A stretch of DNA of 64,000 nucleotides, from the NCBI GenBank assembly GCA_964016885.1, contig OZ024744.1:123876001-123940000 (forward strand), read 5' to 3'. Of this stretch, positions 14,534-30,000 are shown one piece after another (position 1 is the first letter of the stretch; each line of letters opens with the position of its first letter). Source of the stretch: Eledone cirrhosa. Its lineage: Eukaryota. A program made the translations under genes and the position numbers. Below the pieces are notes generated by a model. It made no database searches. It saw nothing but the letters and a program-made list of their open reading frames with translations, and was not told where the DNA came from.

Positions 14534-17500
14534 ATTATATATATAATAATGAAAGGGTTAATGACATAAACAGTGTCTTTCATTAGAAATATGGTAATGG
14601 AAGTGTTAATGACATAGTGTTTTTCATTAGAAATATGGTAATGAAAGGGTTAATGACATAAACAGTGTCTTTCATTAGAAATATGGTAATGAAAGGGTTA
14701 ATGACATAGACAGTGTCTTTCATTAGAAATATGGTAATGCAAGGGTTAATGACTTAGACAGTCTTTCATTAGAAATATGGTAATGAAAAGGTTAATGACA
14801 AAGTGTTTTTCATTAGAATATGGTAATGAAAGGGCTAATGATATAAACAGTGTCTTTCGTTAGAAATATGGTAATGAAAGGGTTAATGAAATAGTGTTTT
14901 TCATTAGAAATATGGTAATGAAAGGGTTAATGACATAGACAGTGTCTTTCATTAGAAATATGGTAATGGAATGGTTACATTAGAAATATGGTAATGAAAG
15001 GGTTAATGGCATAGACAGTGTCTTTCATTAGAAATATGGTAATGAAAGGGTTAATGACATAGACAGTGTCTTTCATTAGAAATATGGTAATGGAAAGGTT
15101 AAATATGGTAATGGAATGGTTACATTAGAAATATGGTAATGAAAGGGTCAATGACATAGTGTTTTGCATTAGAAATATGGTAATGAAAGGGTTAATGACA
15201 TAAACAGTGTCTTTCATTAGAAATATGGTAATTAAAGGGTTAATGACATAGACAGTGTCTTTCATTAGAAATATGGTAATGAAAGGGTTAATGACATAGA
15301 CAGTGTCTTTCATTAGATATATGGGAATGAAAGCGTTAATGACATAGTGTCTTTCATTAGAAATATAGTAATGAAAGGGTTAATGACATAGTATTTTTCA
15401 TTAGAAATATGGTAATGAAAGGGTTAATGAGATAAATAGTGTCTTTCATTAGAAATATGGTAATGGAAGGGTTAATGACATAGACAGTGTCTTTCATTAG
15501 AAATATGGTAATGAAAGGGTTAATGACTTAGATAGTGTCTTTCATTTGAAATATGGTAATGAAAGTGTTAATGACATAGACAGTGTCTTTCATTAGAAAT
15601 ATGGTAATGAAAGGGTTAATGACAGTGCTTTTCATTAGAAATATGGTAATGAAAAGGTTAATGACATAGACAGTGTCTTTCATTAGAAATATGGTAATGA
15701 AAGGGTTAATGACATAGACACTGTCTTTCATTAGAAATATGGTATATGAAAGGGTTAATGACATAGTGTTTTTCATTAGAATATGGTAATGAAAGGGCTA
15801 ATGACATAGACAGTGTCTTTCATTAGAAATATGATAATGAAAGGGTTAATGACATAGACAGTGTCTTTAATTAGAAATATGGTAATGAAAGGGTTAATGA
15901 CATTGACAGTGTCTTTCATTAGAAATATGGTAATGTAAGGGTTAATGACATAGACAGTGTCTTTCATTAGAAATATGGTAATGAAAGGGTTAATGACATA
16001 GACAGTGTCTTTCATTAGAAATATGGTAATGCAAGGGTTAATGACTTAGACAGTCTTTCATTAGAAATATGGTAATGAAAGGGTTAATGGCATAGACACT
16101 GTCTTTCGTTAGAAATTTGGTAATAAAAGGGTTAATGACATAGACAGTGTCTTTCATTAGAAATATGGTAATGAAAGGGTTAATGACATAGTGTTTTTCA
16201 TTAGAAATATGGTAATGAAAGGGTTAATGACATAAACAGTGTCTTTCATTAGAAATATGGTAATGAAAGGGTTAATGACATAGACAGTGTCTTTCATTAG
16301 AAATATGGTAATGCAAGGGTTAATGACTTAGACAGTCTTTCATTAGAAATATGGTAATGAAAAGGTTAATGACAAAGTGTTTTTCATTAGAATATGGTAA
16401 TGAAAGGGTTAATGAAATAGTGTTTTTCATTAGAAATATGGTAATGAAAGGGTTAATGACATAGACAGTGTCTTTCATTAGAAATATGGTAATGGAATGG
16501 TTACATTAGAAATATGGTAATGAAAGGGTTAATGGCATAGACAGTGTCTTTCATTAGAAATATGGTAATGAAAGGGTTAATGACATAGACAGTGTCTTTC
16601 ATTAGAAATATGGTAATGGAAAGGTTAAATATGGTAATGGAATGGTTACATTAGAAATATGGTAATGAAAGGGTTAATGACATAGACAGTGTCTTTCATT
16701 AGAAATATAGTAATGCAAGGGTTAATGACATAGACAGTGTCTTTCATGAGAAATATGGTAATGAAAGGGTTAATGACATAGTGTCTTTCATTAGAAATAT
16801 AGTAATGAAAGGGATAATGACATAAACAGTGTCTTTCATTAGAAATATGGTAATGAAAGGGTCAATGACATAGTGTTTTGCATTAGAAATATGGTAATGA
16901 AAGGGTTAATGACATAAACAGTGTCTTTCATTAGAAATATGGTAATTAAAGGGTTAATGACATAGACAGTGTCTTTCATTAGAAATATGGTAATGAAAGG
17001 GTTAATGACATAGACAGTGTCTTTCATTAGATATATGGGAATGAAAGTGTTAATGACATAGTGTCTTTCATTAGAAATATAGTAATGAAAGGGTTAATGA
17101 CATAGTGTTTTTCATTAGAAATATGGTAATGAAAGGGTTAATGACATAAATAGTGTCTTTCATTAGAAATATGGTAATGAAAGGGTTAATGACATAGATA
17201 GTGTCTTTCATTTGAAATATGGTAATGAAAGTGTTAATGACATAGACAGTGTCTTTCATTAGAAATATGGTAATGAAAGGGTTAATGACAGTGCTTTTCA
17301 TTAGAAATATGGTAATTAAAAGGTTAATGACATAGACAGTGTCTTTCATTAGAAATATGGTAATGAAAGGGTTAATGACATAGACACTGTCTTTCATTAG
17401 AAATATGGTAATGAAAGGGTTAATGACATAGTGTTTTTCATTAGAATATGGTAATGAAAGGGCTAATGACATAGACAGTGTCTTTCATTAGAAATATGAT

Positions 17501-20500
17501 AATGAAAGGGTTAATGACATAGACAGTGTCTTTAATTAGAAATATGGTAATGAAAGGCTTAAAGAAATAGATTGTCTTTCATTAGAAATATGGTAGTGAA
17601 AGGGTTTATGACATAGACAGTGTTTTTCATTTCATATATGGTAATGAAAGGGTTAATGGCATAGACACTGTCTTTCGTTAGAAATTTGGTAATAAAAGGG
17701 TTAATGACATAGACAGTGTCTTTCATTAGAAATATGGTAATGAAAGGGTTAATGACATAGTCAGTGTCTTTCCTTAGATATATGGTAATGAAAGGGTTAA
17801 TGACATAGACAGTGTCTTTCATTAGAAATATGGTAATGGAATGGTTACATTAGAAATATGGTAATGAAAGGGTTAATGGCATAGACAGTTTTCTTTCATT
17901 AGAAATATGGTAATGAAAGGGTTAATGACATAGACAGTGTCTTTCATTAGAAATATGGTAATGGAAAGATTAAATATGGTAATGGAATGGTTACATTAGA
18001 AATATGGTAATGAAAGGGTTAGTGACGTAGAGAGTGTCTTTCATTAGAAATAAGGGTTAATGACATAGACAGTGTTTTTCATGAGAAATAGGGTAATGAA
18101 AGGGTTAATGACATAGACAGTGTCTTTCATTATATATATGGTAATGAAAGGGTTAATGACATAGTGTCTTTCATTAGAAATATAGTAATGAAAGGTTTAA
18201 TGACATAGACAGTGTCTTTCATTAGAAATATGGTAATGAAAGGGTTAATGACATAAACAGTATCTTTCATTAGAAATATGGTAATGAAAGGGTTAATGAC
18301 ATAGTGTTTTTCATTAGATATATGGTAATGAAAGGGTTAATGACATAAATAGTGTCTTTCATTAGAAATATGGTAATGAAAGGGTTAATGACATAGACAG
18401 TGTCTTTCATTAGAAATATGGTAATGGAAAGATTAAATATGGTAATGGAATGGTTACATTAGAAATATGGTAATGAAAGGGTTAGTGACATAGACAGTGT
18501 CTTTCATTAGAAATATGGTAATGCAAGTGTTAATGACATAGTCAGTGTCTTTCATGAGAAATAGGGTAATGAATGGGTTAATGACATAGACAGTGTCTTT
18601 CATTATATATATGGTAATGAATGGGTTAATGACATAGTGTCTTTCATTAGAAATATGGTAATGAAAGGGTTAATGACATAGTGTTTTTCATTAGAAATAT
18701 AGTAATGAAAGGGTTAATGACATAAACAGTGTTTTTCATTAGAAATATGGTAATGAAAGGGTTAATGACATAAATAGTGTCTTTCATTAGAAATATGGTA
18801 ATGAAAGGGTTAATGACATAGACAGTGTCTTTCATTAGAAATATGGTAATGAAAGGGTTAATGACATGAATAGTGTCTTTTATTAGAAATATGGTAATGA
18901 AAGGGTTAATGACATAGACAGTGTCTTTCATTAGAAATATGGTAATGAAAGGGTTAATGACATAGATAGTGTCTTTCATTTGAAATATGGTAATGAAAGT
19001 GTTAATGACATAAACAGTGTTTTTCATTAGAAATACGTGAATGAAAGGGTTAATGACATAGACAGTGTCTTTCATTAGAAATATGGGTATTAAAGGGTTA
19101 ATGACATAGACAGTGTCTTTCATTAGAAATATGGTAATGAAAGGGTTAATGACATAGACAGTGTCTTTCATTAGATATATGGTAATGAAAGGGTTAATGA
19201 CATGAACAGTATCTTTCATTAGAAATATGGTAATGAAAGGGTTAATGACGTAAACAGTATCTTTCACTTGAAATTTGGTAATGAAAGGGTTAATGACATA
19301 GTGTTTTTCATTAGAAATATGGTAATGAAAGGGTTAATGACATAGACAGTGTCTTTCATTAGAAATATGGTAATGGAAGGGTTAATGACATAAACAGTAT
19401 CTTTCATTTGAAATTTGGTAATGAAAGGGTTAATGACATAGTGTTTTTCATTAGAAATATGGTAATGAAAAGGTTAATGACATAGACAGTGTCTTTCATT
19501 AGAAATATGGTAATGCAAGGGTTAATGACATAGACAGTGTCTTTCATTAGAAATATGTTAATGAAAGGCTTAATGACATAGACAGTGTTTTTCATTAGAA
19601 ATATGGTAATGAAAGGATTAATGACATAAACAGTGTCTTTTATTAGATATATGGTAATGAAAGGGTTAATGACATAAACAGTATCTTTCATTTGAAATAT
19701 TATAATGAAAGTGTTAATGACATAGATAGTGTCTTTCATTAGAAATGTGGTAATGAAAGGGTTAATGACATAAACAGTGTCTTTCATTAGAAATATGTTA
19801 ATGAAAGGGTTAATGACATAGACAGTGTCTTTCATTAGAAATATGATAATGAAAGGGCTAATGACATAGACAGTGTCTTTCATTAGAAATATGATAATGA
19901 AAGGGTTTATGACATAGACAGTGTCTTTCATTAGAAATATGGTAATGAAAGGGTTAATGACATAGACAGTGTCTTTCATTAGAAATCTGGTAATGAAAGG
20001 GTTAATGACATCAACAGTGTCTTTCATTACAAATATGTTAATGAAAGGGTTAATGACATAGTGTTTTTCATTAGAAATATAGTAATGAAAGGGTTAATGA
20101 CATAAATAGTGTCTTCATTAGAAATATGGTAACGAAAGGGTTAAAGACATAGACAGTGTCTTTCATTAGAAATATGGTAATGAAAGGGTTAATGACATAG
20201 ATAGTGTCTTTCATTTGAAATTTGGTAATGAAAGTGTTAATGACATAGACCGTGTCTTTTATTAGAAATATGGTAATGAAAGGGTTAATAACATAGTATC
20301 ATTCATTAGAAATATGGTAATGAAAGGGTTAATGACAGTGCTTTTCATTAGAAATATGGTAATGAAAGTGTTAATGAAATAGACAGTGTCTTTCATTAGA
20401 TATATGGTAATGAAAGGGTTAATGACATAGTGTCTTTCATTAGAAATATAGTAATGAAAAGGTTAATGACATAGACACTGTCTTTCATTAGAAATATGGT

Positions 20501-21983
20501 ATATGAAAGGGTTAATGACATAGTGTTTTTCATTAGAATATGGTAATGAAAGGGCTAATGACATAGACAGTGTCTTTCATTAGAAATATGATAATGAAAG
20601 GGTTAATGACATAGACAGTGTCTTTCATTAGAAATATGGTAATGAAAGGGTTAATGACATAGACAGTGTCTTGCCTTAGATATATGGTAATGAAAGGGTC
20701 AATGACATAGACAGTGTCTTTCATTAGAAATATGGTAATGAAAGGGTTAATGACGTAGACAGTGACTTTCATTAGAAATATGGTAATGAAAGGGTTAATG
20801 ACATAGACAGTGTCTTTCATTAGAAATATGGCAATGGAATGGTTACATTAGAAATATGGTAATGAAAGGGTTAATGACATAGACAGTGTCTTTCATTAGA
20901 AATATGGTAATGAAAGGGTTAATGACATAGATAGTGTCTTTCATTTGAAATATGGTAATGAAAGTGTTAATGACATAAACAGTGTTTTTCATTAGAAATA
21001 TGTTAATGAAAGGGTTAATGACATAGACAGTGTCTTTCATTAGAAATATGGGTATTAAAGGGTTAATGACATAGACAGTGTCTTTCATTAGAAATATGGT
21101 AAATGAAAGGGTTAATGACATAGCGTTTTTCATTAGAAATATGGTAATGAAAGGGTTAATGACATCGACAGTGTCTTTCATTAGATATATGGTAATGAAA
21201 GGGTTAATGACATAAACAGTATCTTTCATCAGAAATATGGTAATGAAAGGGTTAATGACGTAAACAGTATCTTTCACTTGAAATTTGGTAATGAAAGGGT
21301 TAATGACATAGTGTTTTTCATTAGAAATATGGTAATGAAAGGGTTAATGACATAGACAGTGTCTTTCATTAGAAATATGGTAATGCAAGGGTTAATGACA
21401 TAGACAGTGTCTTTCATTAGAAATATGGTAATGAAAGGGTTAATGACATAAACAGTGTCTTTCATTAGAAATATGATAATGAAAGTGTTAATGACATAAA
21501 CAGTGTCTTTCATTAGAAATATGTTAATTTAAGGGTTAATGACATAGACAGTGTCTTTTATTAGAAATTTGGTAATGAAAGGGTTAATGACATAAACAGT
21601 ATCTTTCATTTGAAATATTATAATGAAAGTGTTAATGACATAGACAGTATCTTTCATTAGAAATATGGTAATGAAAGAGTTAATGACGTAAACAGTAGCT
21701 TTCACTTGAAATTTGGTAATGAAAGGGTTAATGACATAGTGTTTTTCATTAGAAATATGGTAATGTAAGGGTTAATGACATAAACAGTGTCTTTCATTAG
21801 AAATATGTTAATGAAAGGGTTAATGACATAGACAGTGTCTTTCATTACAAATATGGTAATGAAAGGGTTAATGACATAGACAGTGTCTTTTATTAGATAT
21901 ATGGTAATGAAAGTGTTAATGAGATAGACAGTGTCTTTCATTAGATATATGCTAATGAAAGGGTTAATGACATAGTGTCTTTC

Positions 21984-22000
21984 ATTTTATATATAATAAT
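21984..22000. other. Empty (SINE-free) version of the SINE target site
   Basis: Single ATTTTATATATAATAAT (1 mismatch to the TSD), preceded by the same diagnostic monomers (GAGATAGAC..., ATATATGCTAATG...) that precede all five SINE copies. Confidence 0.85.
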
Positions 22001-23961
22001 GAAAGGGTTAATGACATAAACAGTGTCTTTCATTAGAAATATGGTAATGAAAGGGTTAATGACATAGACAGTGTCTTTCATTAGAAATATGGTAATGCAA
22101 GGGTTAATGACTTAGACAGTCTTTCATTAGAAATATGGTAATGAAAAGGTTAATGACAAAGTGTTTTTCATTAGAATATGGTAATGAAAGGGTTAATGAA
22201 ATAGTGTTTTTCGTTAGAAATATGGTAATGAAAGGGTTAATGACATAGACAGTGTCTTTCATTAGAAATATGGTAATGAAAGGGTTAATGACATAGACAG
22301 TGTCTTTCATTAGAAATATGGTAATGGAATGGTTACATTAGAAATATGGTAATGAAAGGGTTAATGGCATAGACAGTGTCTTTCATTAGAAATATGGTAA
22401 TGAAAGGGTTAATGACATTGACAGTGTCTTTCATTAGAAATATGGTAATGAAAAGATTAAATATGGTAATGGAATGGTCACATTAGAAATATGGTAATGA
22501 AAGGGTTAGTGACATAGACAGTGTCTTTCACTAGAAATATAGTAATGCAAGGGTTAATGATATAGACAGTGTCTTTCATGAGACATATGGTAATGAAAGG
22601 GTTAATGACATAGACAGTGTCTTTCATTATATATATGGTAATGAAAAGGTTAATGACGTAGTGTTTTTCATTAGAAATATGGTAATGAAAGGGTTAATGA
22701 CATGAATAGTGTCTTTCATTAGAAATATGGTAATGAAAGGGTTAATGACATAGACAGTGTCTTTCATTAGAAATATGGTAATGAAAGGGTTAATGACATA
22801 GATAGTGTCTTTCATTTGAAATATGGTAATGAAAGTGTTAATGACATAAACAGTGTTTTTCATTAGAAATATGTTAATGAAAGGGTTAATGACATAGACA
22901 GTGTCTTTCATTAGAAATATGGGTATTAAAGGGTTAATGACATAGACAGTGTCTTTCATTAGAAATATGGTAAATAAAAGGGTTAATGACATAGCGTTTT
23001 TCATTAGAAATATGGTAATGAAAGGGTTAATGACATAGACAGTGTCTTTCATTAGATATATGGTAATGAAAGGGTTAATGACGTAAACCGTATCTTTCAC
23101 TTGAAATTTGGTAATGAAAGGGTTAATGACATAGACAGTGTCTTTCATTAGAAATATGATAATGAAAGGGTTAATGACATAAACAGTGTCTTTCATTAGA
23201 AATATGGTAATGAAAGTGTTAATGACATAAACAGTGTCTTTCATTAGAAATATGTTAATGAAAGGGTTAATGACATAGACAGTGTCTTTCATTAGAAATA
23301 TGGTAATGAAAGGGTTAATGACATAAACAGTGTCTTTCATTAGAAATATGGTAATGAAAGTGTTACTGACATAAACAGTGTCTTTCATTAGAAATATGTT
23401 AATGAAAGGGTTAATGACATAGACAGTGTCTTTTATTAGATATATGGTAATGAAAGGGTTAATGACATAAACAGTATCTTTCATTAGAAATATGGTAATG
23501 AAAGGGTTAATGACGTAAACAGTATCTTTCACTTGAAATTTGGTAATGAAAGGGTTAATGACATAGTGTTTTTCATTAGAAATATGGTAATGAAAGGGTT
23601 AATCACATAGACAGTGTCTTTCATTAGAAATATGGTAATGCAAGGGTTAATGACATAGACAGTGTCTTTCATTAGAAATATGGTAATGTAAGGGTTAATG
23701 ACATAAACAGTGTCTTTCATTAGAAATATGTTAATGAAAGGGTTAATGACATAGACAGTGTCTTTCATTACAAATATGGTAATGAAAGGGTTAATGACAT
23801 AGTATCATTCATTAGAAATATGGTAATGAAAGGGTTAATGACAGTGCTTTTCATTAGAAATATGGTAATGAAAGTGTTAATGAGATAGACAGTGTCTTTC
23901 ATTAGATATATGCTAATGAAAGGGTTAATGACATAGTGTCTTTCATTATATATATAATAAT

Positions 23962-24081
23962 TGTTTCTACGTTAGGCACAAGGCCAGCAATGACCCAGTG
24001 TATTACTGGTACTTTATTTTATCGACCCCGTAAGGATGAAATGCAAAGTTAACCTCGGCGGGATTTGAACTCAGAATGGCA
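23962..24081 (-). mobile_element. SINE copy 3 (TSD 23945-23961 / 24082-24098)
   Basis: Same body with one private substitution (GAAATGCAAAG). Perfect 17-bp TSD ATTATATATATAATAAT. Lies 10,549 bp from copy 1, the same offset as the flanking ORF pair 12980/23529. Confidence 0.85.
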
Positions 24082-27000
24082 ATTATATATATAATAATGA
24101 AAGGGTTAATGACATAAACAGTGTCTTTCATTAGAAATATGGTAATGAAAGGGTTAATGACATAGTGTTTTTCATTAGAAATATGGTAATGAAAGGGTTA
24201 ATGACATAAACAGTGTCTTTCATTAGAAATATGGTAATGAAAGGGTTAATGACATAGACAGTGTCTTTCATTAGAAATATGGTAATGCAAGGGTTAATGA
24301 CTTAGACAGTCTTTCATTAGAAATATGGTAATGAAAAGGTTAATGACAAAGTGTTTTTCATTAGAATATGGTAATGAAAGGGTTAATGAAATAGTGGTTT
24401 TCATTAGAAATATGGTAATGAAAGGGTTAATGACATAGACAGTGTCTTTCATTAGAAATATGGTAATTGAATGGTTACATTAGAAATATGGTAATGAAAG
24501 GGTTAATGGCATAGACAGTGTCTTTCATTAGAAATATGGTAATGAAAGGGTTAATGACATAGACAGTGTCTTTCATTAGAAATATGGTAATGGAAAGGTT
24601 AAATATGGTAATGGAATGGTTACATTAGAAATATGGTAATGAAAGGGTTAATGACATAGACAGTGTCTTTCATTAGAAATATAGTAATGCAAGGGTTAAT
24701 GACATAGACAGTGTCTTTCATGAGAAATATGGTAATGAAAGGGTTAATGACGTAGTGTCTTTCATTAGAAATATAGTAATGAAAGGGATAATGACATAAA
24801 CAGTGTCTTTCATTAGAAATATGGTAATGAAAGGGTCAATGACATAGTGTTTTGCATTAGAAATATGGTAATGAAAGGGTTAATGACATAAACAGTGTCT
24901 TTCATTAGAAATATCGTAATTAAAGGGTTAATGACATAGACAGTGTCTTTCATTAGAAATATGGTAATGAAAGGGTTAATGACATAGACAGTGTCTTTCA
25001 TTAGAAATATGATAATGAAAGGGTTAATGACATAGACAGTGTCTTTAATTAGAAATATGGTAATGAAAGGGTTAATGACATTGACAGTGTCTTTCATTAG
25101 AAATATGGTAATGTAAGGGTTAATGACATAGACAGTGTCTTTCATTAGAAATTTGGTAATGAAAGGGTTAAAGAAATAGATTGTCTTTCATTAGAAATAT
25201 GGTAGTGAAAGGGTTTATGACATAGACAGTGTTTTTCATTTCATATATGGTAATGAAAGGGTTAATGGCATAGACACTGTCTTTCGTTAGAAATTTGGTA
25301 ATAAAAGGGTTAATGACATAGACAGTGTCTTTCATTAGAAATATGGTAATGAAAGGGTTAATGACATAGTGTTTTTCATTAGAAATATGGTAATGAAAGG
25401 GTTAATGACATAAACAGTGTCTTTCATTAGAAATATGGTAATGAAAGGGTTAATGACATAGACAGTGTCTTTCATTAGAAATATGGTAATGCAAGGGTTA
25501 ATGACTTAAACAGTCTTTCATTAGAAATATGGTAATGAAAAGGTTAATGACAAAGTGTTTTTCATTAGAATATGGTAATGAAAGGGTTAATGAAATAGTG
25601 TTTTTCATTAGAAATATGGTAATGAAAGGGTTAATGACATAGACAGTGTCTTTCATTAGAAATATGGTAATGGAATGGTTACATTAGAAATATGGTAATG
25701 AAAGGGTTAATGGCATAGACAGTGTCTTTCATTAGAAATATGGTAATGAAAGGGTTAATGACATAGACAGTGTATTTCATTAGAAATATGGTAATGGAAA
25801 GGTTAAATATGGTAATGGAATGGTTACATTAGAAATATGGTAATGAAAGGGTTAATGACATAGACAGTGTCTTTCATTAGAAATATAGTAATGCAAGGGT
25901 TAATGACATAGACAGTGTCTTTCATGAGAAATATGGTAATGAAAGGGTTAATGACATAGTGTCTTTCATTAGAAATATAGTAATGAAAGGGATAATGACA
26001 TAAACAGTGTCTTTCATTAGAAATATGGTAATGAAAGGGTCAATGACATAGTGTTTTGCATTAGAAATATGGTAATGAAAGGGTTAATGACATAAACAGT
26101 GTCTTTCATTAGAAATATGGTAATTAAAGGGTTAATGACATAGACAGTGTCTTTCATTAGAAATATGGTAATGAACGGGTTAATGACATAGACAGTGTCT
26201 TTCATTAGATATATGGGAATGAAAGGGTTAATGACATAGTGTCTTTCATTAGAAATATAGTAATGAAAGGGTTAATGACATAGTGTTTTTCATTAGAAAT
26301 ATGGTAATGAAAGGGTTAATGACATAAATAGTGTCTTTCATTAGAAATATGGTAATGGAAGGGTTAATGACATAGACAGTGTCTTTCATTAGAAATATGG
26401 TAATGAAAGGGTTAATGACATAGATAGTGTCTTTCATTTGAAATATGGTAATGAAAGTGTTAATGACATAGACAGTGTCTTTCATTAGAAATATGGTAAT
26501 GAAAGGGTTAATGACAGTGCTTTTCATTAGAAATATGGTAATTAAAAGGTTAATGACATAGACAGTATCTTTCATTAGAAATATGGTAATGAAAGGGTTA
26601 ATGACATAGACACTGTCTTTCATTAGAAATATGATATATGAAAGGGTTAATGACATAGTGTTTTTCATTAGAATATGGTAATGAAAGGGCTAATGACATA
26701 GACAGTGTCTTTCATTAGAAATATGATAATGAAAGGGTTAATGACATAGACAGTGTCTTTAATTAGAAATATGGTAATGAAAGGGTTAATGACATTGACA
26801 GTGTCTTTCATTAGAAATATGGTAATGTAAGGGTTAATGACATAGACAGTGTCTTTCATTAGAAATTTGGTAATGAAAGGGTTAAAGAAATAGATTGTCT
26901 TTCATTAGAAATATGGTAGTGAAAGGGTTTATGACATAGACAGTGTTTTTCATTTCATATATGGTAATGAAAGGGTTAATGGCATAGACACTGTCTTTCG

Positions 27001-30000
27001 TTAGAAATTTGGTAATAAAAGGGTTAATGACATAGACAGTGTCTTTCATTAGAAATATGGTAATGAAAGGGTTAATGACATAGACAGTGTCTTTCCTTAG
27101 ATATATGGTAATGAAAGGGTTAATGACATAGACAGTGTCTTTCATTAGAAATATGGTAATGAAAGGGTTAATGACATAGACAGTGTCTTTCATTAGAAAT
27201 ATGGTAATGGAATGGTTACATTAGAAATATGGTAATGAAAGGGTTAATGGCATAGACAGTTTTCTTTCATTAGAAATATGGTAATGAAAGGGTTAATGAC
27301 ATAGACAGTGTCTATCATTAGAAATATGGTAATGGAAAGATTAAATATGGTAATGGAATGGTTACATTAGAAATATGGTAATGAAAGGGTTAGTGACATA
27401 GAGAGTGTCTTTCATTAGAAATAAGGGTTAATGACATAGACAGTGTTTTTCATGAGAAATAGGGTAATGAAAGGGTTAATGACATAGACAGTGTCTTTCA
27501 TTATATATATGGTAATGAAAGGGTTAATGACATAGTGTCTTTCATTAGAAATATAGTAATGAAAGGTTTAATGACATAGACAGTGTCTTTCATTAGAAAT
27601 ATGGTAATGAAAGGGTTAATGACATAAACAGTATCTTTCATTAGAAATATGGTAATGAAAGGGTTAATGACATAGTGTTTTGCATTTGAAATATGGTAAT
27701 GAAAGGGTTAATGACATAAATAGTGTCTTTCATTAGAAATATGGTAATGAAAGGGTTAATGACATAGACAGTGTCTTTCATTAGAAATATGGTAATGGAA
27801 AGATTAAATATGGTAATGGAATGGTTACATTAGAAATATGGTAATGAAAGGGTTAATGACATAGACAGTGTCTTTCATTAGAAATATGGTAATGGAAAGA
27901 TTAAATATGGTAATGGAATGGTTACATTAGAAATATGGTAATGAAAGGGTTAGTGACATAGACAGTGTCTTTCATTAGAAATATGGTAATGCAAGTGTTA
28001 ATGACATAGACAGTGTCTTTCATGAGAAATAGGGTAATGAATGGGTTAATGACATAGACAGTGTCTTTCATTATATATATGGTAATGAAAGGGTTAATGA
28101 CATAGTGTCTTTCATTAGAAATATGGTAATGAAAGGGTTAATGACATAGTGTCTTTCATTAGAAATATAGTAATGAAAGGGTTAATGACATAGTGTTTTT
28201 CATTAGAAATATGGTAATGAAAGGGTTAATGACATAAATAGTGTCTTTCATTAGAAATATGGTAATGGAAGGGTTAATGACATAGACAGTGTCTTTCATT
28301 AGAAATATGGTAATGAAAGGGTTAATGACATAGATGGTGTCTTTCATTTGAAATATGGTAATGAAAGTGTTAATGACATAGACAGTGTCTTTCATTAGAA
28401 ATATGGTAGTGAAAGGGTTAATGACAGTGCTTTTCATTAGAAATATGGTAATTAAAAGGTTAATGACATAGACAGTGTCTTTCATTAGAAATATGGTAAT
28501 GAAAGGGTTAATGACATAGACACTGTCTTTCATTAGAAATATGATATATGAAAGGGTTAATGACATAGTGTTTTTCATTAGAATATGGTAATGAAAGGGC
28601 TAATGATATAGACAGTGTCTTTCATTAGAAATATGATAATGAAAGGGTTAATGACATAGACAGTGTCTTTAATTAGAAATATGGTAATGAAAGGGTTAAT
28701 GACATTGACAGTGTCTTTCATTAGAAATATGGTAATGTAAGGGTTAATGACATAGACAGTGTCTTTCATTAGAAATTTGGTAATGAAAGGGTTAAAGAAA
28801 TAGATTGTCTTTCATTAGAAATATGGTAGTGAAAGGGTTTATGACATAGACAGTGTTTTTCATTTCATATATGGTAATGAAAGGGTTAATGGCATAGACA
28901 CTGTCTTTCGTTAGAAATTTGGTAATAAAAGGGTTAATGACATAGACAGTGTCTTTCATTAGAAATATGGTAATGAAAGGGTTAATGACATAGACAGTGT
29001 CTTTCCTTAGATATATGGTAATGAAAGGGTTAATGACATAGACAGTGTCTTTCATTAGAAATATGGTAATGAAAGGGTTAATGACATAGACAGTGACTTT
29101 CGTTAGAAATATGGTAATGAAAGGGTTAATGACATAGACAGTGTCTTTCATTAGAAATATGGTAATGGAAAGATTAAATATGGTAATGGAATGGTTACAT
29201 TAGAAATATGGTAATGAAAGGGTTAGTGACATAGAGAGTGTCTTTCATTAGAAATAAGGGTTAATGACATAGACAGTGTTTTTCATGAGAAATAGGGTAA
29301 TGAAAGGGTTAATGACATAGACAGTGTCTTTCATTATATATATGGTAATGAAAGGGTTAATGACATAGTGTCTTTCATTAGAAATATAGTAATGAAAGGT
29401 TTAATGACATAGACAGTGTCTTTCATTAGAAATATGGTAATGAAAGGGTTAATGACATAAACAGTATCTTTCATTAGAAATATGGTAATGAAAGGGTTAA
29501 TGACATAGTGTTTTGCATTTGAAATACGGTAATGAAAGGGTTAATGACATAAATAGTGTCTTTCATTAGAAATATGGTAATGAAAGGGTTAATGACATAG
29601 ACAGTGTCTTTCATTAGAAATATGGTAATGGAAAGATTAAATATGGTAATGGAATGGTTACATTAGAAATATGGTAATGAAAGGGTTAATGACATAGACA
29701 GTGTCTTTCATTAGAAATATGGTAATGGAAAGATTAAATATGGTAATGAAATGGTTACATTAGAAATATGGTAATGAAAGTGTTAGTGACATAGACAGTG
29801 TCTTTCATTAGAAATATGGTAATGCAAGTGTTAATGACATAGACAGTGTCTTTCATGAGAAATAGGGTAATGAATGGGTTAATGACATAGACAGTGTCTT
29901 TCATTATATATATGGTAATGAATGGGTTAATGACATAGTGTCTTTCATTAGAAATATGGTAATGAAAGGGTTAATGACATAGTGTTTTTCATTAGAAATA

